From the NCBI GenBank assembly GCA_964057225.1, contig OZ059894.1, positions 19,468,001 through 19,532,000 on the forward strand: a DNA stretch of 64,000 nt. Direction: 5' to 3'. The DNA comes from Auanema rhodensis (taxonomy: Eukaryota; Animalia; Nematoda). A program made the position numbers and the translations under genes. Below, in pieces: positions 1-9,600 of this stretch (positions within the stretch are counted from its first letter, which is position 1; every line of letters begins with the position of its first letter). The notes under the pieces were generated by a model. That model saw only the letters and a list, made by a program, of their open reading frames with translations, made no database searches and was not told where the DNA came from.

Positions 1-46
1 CAATGTTATTCAACGAAAAAATTAATTCTTCAGGGTGAAAATCGAG

Positions 47-68
47 GATATAAGTGTGAACTTATATC
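47..68. other. Perfect 9-bp inverted repeat with 4-nt loop, present in nearly every monomer
   Basis: GATATAAGT (47-55), loop GTGA, ACTTATATC (60-68). Confidence 0.9.
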
Positions 69-78
69 AGTTGATATC

Positions 79-145
79 TCGGTGCATTTTTAAGCTAGCG
101 CAAATCTGATAACACAGATCGACGCAGCTTAAAAATCCGCATCGA
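79..145. other. Long imperfect inverted repeat (potential hairpin or cruciform) in each monomer
   Basis: ATTTTTAAGCT (86-96) and AGCTTAAAAAT (126-136) are a perfect 11-bp pair. Inner pairs are GCG/CGC and ATCTG (104-108)/CAGAT (115-119). The outer pair is TCGGTGC (79-85)/GCATCGA (139-145) with one G-T. Confidence 0.88.
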
Positions 146-219
146 ATGCACTATACTACATTGAGAATCGCTTAATACAAAAATTAGTTATGATCGTTTG
201 AAAAATGATGCATTAGTGC

Positions 220-247
220 ATGTTGAGTTTCCATGTACACTCAACAT
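220..247. other. Perfect 9-bp inverted repeat with 10-nt loop in each monomer
   Basis: ATGTTGAGT (220-228), loop TTCCATGTAC, ACTCAACAT (239-247). Confidence 0.88.
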
Positions 248-254
248 TGCTTCC

Positions 255-320
255 AAAAACATTTTGACAAAAATTTTTTCGAAAAATTTCAGAATAATTT
301 AGCAAAAAGTAGATGTTTTT
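255..320. other. A/T-tract palindromic segment in each monomer
   Basis: TTTTTCGAAAAA (275-286) is a perfect palindrome. It is flanked by ATTTTGA/TCAAAAT (in monomers with the CAAAAT allele) and by AAAAACAT (255-262)/ATGTTTTT (313-320). Confidence 0.8.
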
Positions 321-3300
321 AGATTCCATTTTTCAAGGCAAAGACGATGGACAATGTTATTCAACGAAAAAATTAATTCTTCAGGGTGAAAATCGAGGAT
401 ATAAGTGTGAACTTATATCAGTTGATATCTCGGTGCATTTTTAAGCTAGCGCAAATCTGATAACACAGATCGACGCAGCTTAAAAATCCGCATCGAATGC
501 ACTATACTACATTGAGAAACGCTTAATACAAAAATTAGTTATGATCGTTTGAAAAATGATGCATTAGTGTATGTTGAGTTTCCATGTACACTCAACATTG
601 CTTCCAAAAACATTTTGACAAAAATTTTTTCGAAAAATTTCAAAATAATTTAGCAAAAAGTAGATGTTTTTAGATTCCTTTTTCCAAGGCAAAGACGATG
701 GACAATGTTATTCAACGAAAAAATTAATTCTTCAGGGTGAAAATCGAGGATATAAGTGTGAACTTATATCAGTTGATATCTCGGTGCATTTTTAAGCTAG
801 CGCAAATCTGCTAACACAGATCGACGCAGCTTAAAAATCCGCATCGAATGCACTATACTACATTGAGAAACGCTTAATACAAAAATTAGTTATGATCGTT
901 TGAAAAATGATGCATTAGTGTATGTTGAGTTTTCATGTACACTCAACATTGCTTCCAAAAACATTTTGACAAAAATTTTTTCGAAAAATTTCAGAATAAT
1001 TTAGCAAAAAGTAGATGTTTTTAGATTCCTTTTTTCAAGGCAAAAACGATGGTCAATGTTATTAAACGAAAAAATCAATTCTTCAGGGTGAAAATCGAGG
1101 ATATAAGTGTGAACTTATATCAGTTGATATCTCGGTGCATTTTTAAACTAGCGCAAATCTGATAACACAGATCGACGCAGCTTAAAAATCCGCATCGAAT
1201 GCACTATACTACATTGAGAAACGCTTAATACAAAAATTAGTTATGATCGTTTGAAAAATGATGCATTAGTGCATGTTGAGTTTCCATGTACACTCAACAT
1301 TGCTTCCAAAAACATTTTGACAAAAATTTTTTCGAAAAATTTCAGAATAATTTAGCAAAAAGTAGATGTTTTTAGATTCCATTTTTCAAGGCAAAGACGA
1401 TGGACAATGTTATTCAACGAAAAAATTAATTCTTCAGGGTGAAAATCGAGGATATAAGTGTGAACTTATATCAGTTGATATCTCGGTGCATTTTTAAGCT
1501 AGCGCAAATCTGATAACACAGATCGACGCAGCTTAAAAATCCGCATCGAATGCACTATACTACATTGAGAAACGCTTAATACAAAAATTAGTTATGATCG
1601 TTTGAAAAATGATGCATTAGTGTATGTTGAGTTTCCATGTACACTCAACATTGCTTCCAAAAACATTTTGACAAAAATTTTTTCGAAAAATTTCAAAATA
1701 ATTTAGCAAAAAGTAGATGTTTTTAGATTCCTTTTTTCAAGGCAAAGACGATGGACAATGTTATTCAACGAAAAAATTAATTCTTCAGGGTGAAAATCGA
1801 GGATATAAGTGTGAACTTATATCAGTTGATATCTCGGTGCATTTTTAAGCTAGCGCAAATCTGCTAACACAGATCGACGCAGCTTAAAAATCCGCATCGA
1901 ATGCACTATACTACATTGAGAAACGCTTAATACAAAAATTAGTTATGATCGTTTGAAAAATGATGCATTAGTGTATGTTGAGTTTTCATGTACACTCAAC
2001 ATTGCTTCCAAAAACATTTTGACAAAAATTTTTTCGAAAAATTTCAGAATAATTTAGCAAAAAGTAGATGTTTTTAGATTCCTTTTTTCAAGGCAAAAAC
2101 GATGGTCAATGTTATTCAACGAAAAAATCAATTCTTCAGGGTGAAAATCGAGGATATAAGTGTGAACTTATATCAGTTGATATCTCGGTGCATTTTTAAA
2201 CTAGCGCAAATCTGATAACACAGATCGACGCAGCTTAAAAATCCGCATCGAATGCACTATACTACATTGAGAAACGCTTAATACAAAAATTAGTTATGAT
2301 CGTTTGAAAAATGATGCATTAGTGCATGTTGAGTTTCCATGTACACTCAACATTGCTTCCAAAAACATTTTGACAAAAATTTTTTCGAAAAATTTCAGAA
2401 TAATTTAGCAAAAAGTAGATGTTTTTAGATTCCAATTTTCAAGGCAAAGACGATGGACAATGTTATTCAACGAAAAAATTAATTCTTCAGGGTGAAAATC
2501 GAGGATATAAGTATGAACTTATATCAGTTGATATCTCGGTGCATTTTTAAGCTAGCGCAAATCTGATAACACAGATCGACGCAGCTTAAAAATCCGCATC
2601 GAATGCACTATACTACATTGAGAAACGCTTAATACAAAAATTAGTTATGATCGTTTGAAAAATGATGCATTAGTGTATGTTGAGTTTCCATGTACACTCA
2701 ACATTGCTTCCAAAAACATTTTGACAAAAATTTTTTCGAAAAATTTCAAAATAATTTAGCAAAAAGTAGATGTTTTTAGATTCCTTTTTTCAAGGCAAAG
2801 ACGATGGACAATGTTATTCAACGAAAAAATTAATTCTTCAGGGTGAAAATCGAGGATATAAGTGTGAACTTATATCAGTTGATATCTCGGTGCATTTTTA
2901 AGCTAGCGCAAATCTGCTAACACAGATCGACGCAGCTTAAAAATCCGCATCGAATGCACTATACTACATTGAGAAACGCTTAATACAAAAATTAGTTATG
3001 ATCGTTTGAAAAATGATGCATTAGTGTATGTTGAGTTTTCATGTACACTCAACATTGCTTCCAAAAACATTTTGACAAAAATTTTTTCGAAAAATTTCAG
3101 AATAATTTAGCAAAAAGTAGATGTTTTTAGATTCCTTTTTTCAAGGCAAAAACGATGGTCAATGTTATTCAACGAAAAAATCAATTCTTCAGGGTGAAAA
3201 TCGAGGATATAAGTGTGAACTTATATCAGTTGATATCTCGGTGCATTTTTAAACTAGCGCAAATCTGATAACACAGATCGACGCAGCTTAAAAATCCGCA

Positions 3301-6300
3301 TCGAATGCACTATACTATATTGAGAAACGCTTAATACAAAAATTAGTTATGATCGTTTGAAAAATGATGCATTAGTGTATGTTGAGTTTCCATGTACACT
3401 CAACATTGCTTCCAAAAACATTTTGACAAAAATTTTTTCGAAAAATTTCAGAATAATTTAGCAAAAAGTAGATGTTTTTAGATTCCTTTTTTCAAGGCAA
3501 AGACGATGGTCAATGTTATTCAACGAAAAAATTAATTCTTCAGGGTGAAAATCGAGGATATAAGTGTGAACTTATATCAGTTGATATCTCGGTGCATTTT
3601 TAAGCTAGCGCAAATCTGATAACACAGATCGACGCAGCTTAAAAATCCGCATCGAATGCACTATACTACATTGAGAAACGCTTAATACAAAAATTAGTTA
3701 TGATCGTTCGAAAAATGATGCATTAGTGTATGTTGAGTTTCCATGTACACTCAACATTGCTTCCAAAAACATTTTGACAAAAATTTTTTCGAGAAATTTC
3801 AAAATAATTTAGCAAAAAGTAGATGTTTTTAGATTCCTTTTTTCAAGGCAAAGACGATGGACAATGTTATTCAACGAAAAAATTAAATCTTCAGGGTGAA
3901 AATCGAGGATATAAGTGTGAACTTATATCAGTTGATATCTCGGTGCATTTTAAAACTAGCGCAAATCTGCTAACACAGATCGACGCAGCTTAAAAATCCG
4001 CATCGAATGCACTATACTACATTGAGAAACGCTTAATACAAAAATTAGTTATGATCGTTTGAAAAATGATGCATTAGTGTATGTTGAGTTTCCATGTACA
4101 CTCAACATTGCTTCCAAAAACATTTTGACAAAAATTTTTTCGAAAAATTTCAGAATAATTTAGCAAAAAGTAGATGTTTTTAGATTCCTTTTTTCAAGGC
4201 AAAGACGATGGTCAATGTTATTCAACGAAAAAATCAATTCTTCAGGGTGAAAATCGAGGATATAAGTGTGAACTTATATCAGTTGATATCTCGGTGCATT
4301 TTTAAGCTAGCGCAAATCTAATAACACAGATCGACGCAGCTTAAAAATCCGCATCGAATGCACTATACTACATTGAGAAACGCTTAATACAAAAATTAGT
4401 TATGATCGTTTGAAAAATGATGCATTAGTGTATGTTGAGTTTCCATGTACACTCAACATTGCTTCCAAAAACATTTTGACAAAAATTTTTTCGAAAAATT
4501 TCAGAATAATTTAGCAAAAAGTAGATGTTTTTAGATTCCTTTTTTCAAGGCAAAAACGATGGTCAATGTTATTCAACGAAAAAATCAATTCTTCAGGGTG
4601 AAAATCGAGGATATAAGTGTGAACTTATATCAGTTGATATCTCGGTGCATTTTTAAACTAGCGCAAATCTGATAACACAGATCGACGCAGCTTAAAAATC
4701 CGCATCGAATGCACTATACTACATTGAGAAACGCTTAATACAAAAATTAGTTATGATCGTTTGAAAAATGATGCATTAGTGTATGTTGAGTTTCCATGTA
4801 CACTCAACATTGCTTCCAAAAACATTTTGACAAAAATTTTTTCGAAAAATTTCAAAATAATTTAGCAAAAAGTAGATGTTTCTAGATTCCTTTTTTCAAG
4901 GCAAAGACGATGGACAATGTTATTCAACGAAAAAATTAATTCTTCAGGGTGAAAATCGAGGATATAAGTGTGAACTTATATCAGTTGATATCTCGGTGCA
5001 TTTTTAAGCTAGCGCAAATCTGATAACACAGATCGACGCAGCTTAAAAATCCGCATCGAATGCACTATACTACATTGAGAAACGCTTAATACAAAAATTA
5101 GTTATGATCGTTTGAAAAATGATGCGTTAGTGTATGTTGAGTTTCCATGTACACTCAACATTGCTTCCAAAAACATTTTGACAAAAATTTTTTCGAAAAA
5201 TTTCAAAATAATTTAGCAAAAAGTAGATGTTTTTAGATTCCTTTTTTCAAGGCAAAGACGATGGACAATGTTATTCAACGAAAAAATTAATTCTTCAGGG
5301 TGAAAATCGAGGATATAAGTGTGAACTTATATCAGTTGATATCTCGGTGCATTTTTAAGCTAGCGCAAATCTGATAACACAGATCGACGCAGCTTAAAAA
5401 TCCGCATCGAATGCACTATACTACATTGAGAAACGCTTAATACAAAAATTAGTTATGATCGTTTGAAAAATGATGCATTAGTGTATGTTGAGTTTCCATG
5501 TACACTCAACATTGCTTCCAAAAACATTTTGACAAAAATTTTTTCGAAAAATTTCAAAATAATTTAGCAAAAAGTAGATGTTTTTAGATTCCTTTTTTCA
5601 AGGCAAAGACGATGGACAATGTTATTCAACGAAAAAATTAATTCTTCAGGGTGAAAATCGAGGATATAAGTGTGAACTTATATCAGTTGATATCTCGGTG
5701 CATTTTTAAGCTAGCGCAAATCTGATAACACAGATCGACGCAGCTTAAAAATCCGCATCGAATGCACTATACTACGTTGAGAAACGCTTAATACAAAAAT
5801 TAGTTATGATCGTTTGAAAAATGATGCATTAGTGTATGTTGAGTTTTCATGTACACTCAACATTGCTTCCAAAAACATTTTGACAAAAATTTTTTCGAAA
5901 AATTTCAGAATAATTTAGCAAAAAGTAGATGTTTTTAGATTCCTTTTTTCAAGGCAAAGACGATGGACAATGTTATTCAACGAAAAAATTAATTCTTCAG
6001 GGTGAAAATCGAGGATATAAGTGTGAACTTATATCAGTTGATATCTCGGTGCATTTTTAAGCTAGCGCAAATCTGATAACACAGATCGACGCAGCTTAAA
6101 AGTCCGCATCGAATGCACTTTACTACATTGAGAAACGCTTAATACAAAAATTAGTTATGATCGTTTGAAAAATGATGCATTAGTGTATGTTGAGTTTCCA
6201 TGTACACTCAACATTGCTTCCAAAAACATTTTGACAAAAATTTTTTCGAAAAATTTCAGAATAATTTAGCAAAAAGTAGATGTTTTTAGATTCCATTTTT

Positions 6301-6318
6301 CAAGGCAAAGACGATGGA

Positions 6319-6667
6319 CAATGTTATTCAACGAAAAAATTAATTCTTCAGGGTGAAAATCGAGGATATAAGTGTGAACTTATATCAGTTGATATCTCGG
6401 TGCATTTTTAAGCTAGCGCAAATCTGATAACACAGATCGACGCAGTTTAAAATCCGCATCGAATGCACTATACTCATTGAAAAACGCTTAATACAAAAAT
6501 TAGTTATGATCGTTCGAAAAATGATGCATTAGTGTATGTTGAGTTTCCATGTACACTCAACATTGCTTCCAAAAACATTTTGACAAAAATTTTTTCGAAA
6601 AATTTCAGAATAATTTAGCAAAAAGTAGATGTTTTTAGATTCCTTTTTTCAAGGCAAAAACGATGGT
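6319..6667. repeat. The only length-variant monomer (349 bp)
   Basis: GCAGTTTAAAATCC replaces GCAGCTTAAAAATCC and TACTCATT replaces TACTACATT (6446-6478). All downstream monomer starts shift by -2. Confidence 0.93.
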
Positions 6668-9600
6668 CAATGTTATTCAACGAAAAAATCAATTCTTCAG
6701 GGTGAAAATCGAGGATATAAGTGTGAACTTATATCAGTTGATATCTCGGTGCATTTTTAAACTAGCGCAAATCTGATAACACAGATCGACGCAGCTTAAA
6801 AATCCGCATCGAATGCACTATACTACATTGAGAATCGCTTAATACAAAAATTAGTTATGATCGTTTGAAAAATGATGCATTAGTGCATGTTGAGTTTCCA
6901 TGTACACTCAACATTGCTTCCAAAAACATTTTGACAAAAATTTTTTCGAAAAATTTCAGAATAATTTAGCAAAAAGTAGATGTTTTTAGATTCCATTTTT
7001 CAAGGCAAAGACGATGGACAATGTTATTCAACGAAAAAATTAATTCTTCAGGGTGAAAATCGAGGATATAAGTGTGAACTTATATCAGTTGATATCTCGG
7101 TGCATTTTTAAGCTAGCGCAAATCTGATAACACAGATCGACGCAGCTTAAAAATCCGCATCGAATGCACTATACTACATTGAGAAACGCTTAATACAAAA
7201 ATTAGTTATGATCGTTTGAAAAATGATGCATTAGTGTATGTTGAGTTTCCATGTACACTCAACATTGCTTCCAAAAACATTTTGACAAAAATTTTTTCGA
7301 AAAATTTCAAAATAATTTAGCAAAAAGTAGATGTTTTTAGATTCCTTTTTCCAAGGCAAAGACGATGGACAATGTTATTCAACGAAAAAATTAATTCTTC
7401 AGGGTGAAAATCGAGGATATAAGTGTGAACTTATATCAGTTGATATCTCGGTGCATTTTTAAGCTAGCGCAAATCTGCTAACACAGATCGACGCAGCTTA
7501 AAAATCCGCATCGAATGCACTATACTACATTGAGAAACGCTTAATACAAAAATTAGTTATGATCGTTTGAAAAATGATGCATTAGTGTATGTTGAGTTTT
7601 CATGTACACTCAACATTGCTTCCAAAAACATTTTGACAAAAATTTTTTCGAAAAATTTCAGAATAATTTAGCAAAAAGTAGATGTTTTTAGATTCCTTTT
7701 TTCAAGGCAAAAACGATGGTCAATGTTATTCAACGAAAAAATCAATTCTTCAGGGTGAAAATCGAGGATATAAGTGTGAACTTATATCAGTTGATATCTC
7801 GGTGCATTTTTAAACTAGCGCAAATCTGATAACACAGATCGACGCAGCTTAAAAATCCGCATCGAATGCACTATACTACATTGAGAAACGCTTAATACAA
7901 AAATTAGTTATGATCGTTTGAAAAATGATGCATTAGTGCATGTTGAGTTTCCATGTACACTCAACATTGCTTCCAAAAACATTTTGACAAAAATTTTTTC
8001 GAAAAATTTCAAAATAATTTAGCAAAAAGTAGATGTTTTTAGATTCCTTTTTTCAAGGCAAAGACGATGGACAATGTTATTCAACGAAAAAATTAATTCT
8101 TCAGGGTGAAAATCGAGGATATAAGTGTGAACTTATATCAGTTGATATCTCGGTGCATTTTTAAGCTAGCGCAAATCTGATAACACAGAACGACGCAGCT
8201 TAAAAATCCGCATCGAATGCACTATACTACATTGAGAAACGCTTAATACAAAAATTAGTTATGATCGTTTGAAAAATGATGCATTAGTGTATGTTGAGTT
8301 TCCATGTACACTCAACATTGCTTCCAAAAACATTTTGACAAAAATTTTTTCGAAAAATTTCAGAATAATTTAGCAAAAAGTTGATGTTTTTAGATTCCAT
8401 TTTTCAAGGCAAAGACGATGGACAATGTTATTCAACGAAAAAATTAATTCTTCAGGGTGAAAATCGAGGATATAAGTGTGAACTTATATCAGTTGATATC
8501 TCGGTGCATTTTTAAGCTAGCGCAAATCTGATAACACAGATCGACGCAGCTTAAAAATCCGCATCGAATGCACTATACTACATTGAGAAACGCTTAATAC
8601 AAAAATTAGTTATGATCGTTTGAAAAATGATGCGTTAGTGTATGTTGAGTTTCCATGTACACTCAACATTGCTTCCAAAAACATTTTGACAAAAATTTTT
8701 TCGAAAAATTTCAAAATAATTTAGCAAAAAGTAGATGTTTTTAGATTCCATTTTTTAAGGCAAAGACGATGGACAATGTTATTCAACGAAAAAATTAATT
8801 CTTCAGGGTGAAAATCGAGGATATAAGTGTGAACTTATATCAGTTGATATCTCGGTGCATTTTTAAGCTAGCGCAAATCTGATAACACAGAACGACGCAG
8901 CTTAAAAATCCGCATCGAATGCACTATACTACATTGAGAAACGCTTAATACAAAAATTAGTTATGATCGTTTGAAAAATGATGCATTAGTGTATGTTGAG
9001 TTTCCATGTACACTCAACATTGCTTCCAAAAACATTTTGACAAAAATTTTTTCGAAAAATTTCAAAATAATTTAGCAAAAAGTAGATGTTTTTAGATTCC
9101 TTTTTTCAAGGCAAAGACGATGGACAATGTTATTCAACGAAAAAATTAATTCTTCAGGGTGAAAATCGAGGATATAAGTGTGAACTTATATCAGTTGATA
9201 TCTCGGTGCATTTTTAAGCTAGCGCAAATCTGATAACACAGAACGACGCAGCTTAAAAATCCGCATCGAATGCACTATACTACATTGAGAAACGCTTAAT
9301 ACAAAAATTAGTTATGATCGTTTGAAAAATGATGCATTAGTGTATGTTGAGTTTCCATGTACACTCAACATTGCTTCCAAAAACATTTTGACAAAAATTT
9401 TTTCGAAAAATTTCAAAATAATTTAGCAAAAAGTAGATGTTTTTAGATTCCTTTTTTCAAGGCAAAGACGATGGACAATGTTATTCAACGAAAAAATTAA
9501 TTCTTCAGGGTGAAAATCGAGGATATAAGTGTGAACTTATATCAGTTGATATCTCGGTGCATTTTTAAGCTAGCGCAAATCTGATAACACAGAACGACGC

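Larger units (their letters stand above)
1..351. repeat. Representative 351-bp monomer (arbitrary phase)
   Basis: Hand count gives 112/351 G+C, many A5-6/T4-6 tracts and 12 CpG. Recurring restriction sites: EcoRV GATATC (73), NheI GCTAGC (94), NsiI ATGCAT (208), BsrGI TGTACA (234), BstBI TTCGAA (278). Confidence 0.97.
1..3300. repeat. Local 3-monomer (1053-bp) higher-order repeat, about 3 copies
   Basis: Variant CTGCT at 811, 1864, 2917 (and 3970). The linked variants TTTTCATG, AAAAACGATGGT, ATCAAT, AAACTA and GTGCA recur with the same 1053-bp period. Confidence 0.9.

Noticed and set aside
47-91. Bacterial promoter or intrinsic terminator calls from TATAAG and the hairpins
   Set aside because: There is no gene context, and the stems are AT-rich and lack a properly placed U-tract. 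Such motifs are expected by chance in AT-rich repeats.
106-169. Hammerhead ribozyme, as found in some animal satellites
   Set aside because: CTGATAA lacks the conserved G of CUGANGA, and GAAAC is not positioned after a compatible stem II. The minus-strand CTGATAT also fails. An Infernal/Rfam scan would settle it.
1-351. Tandem 5S rRNA, tRNA, snRNA or spliced-leader gene array
   Set aside because: I found no recognisable 5S, tRNA cloverleaf, Pol III A/B box or spliced-leader sequence on either strand.
1-351. Assignment to a named satellite (Drosophila 1.688/359-bp, Tribolium or Pimelia ~350-360-bp families, alpha satellite with CENP-B box)
   Set aside because: Only length and AT content are similar. 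I could not recognise any sequence identity, so a database search is needed.
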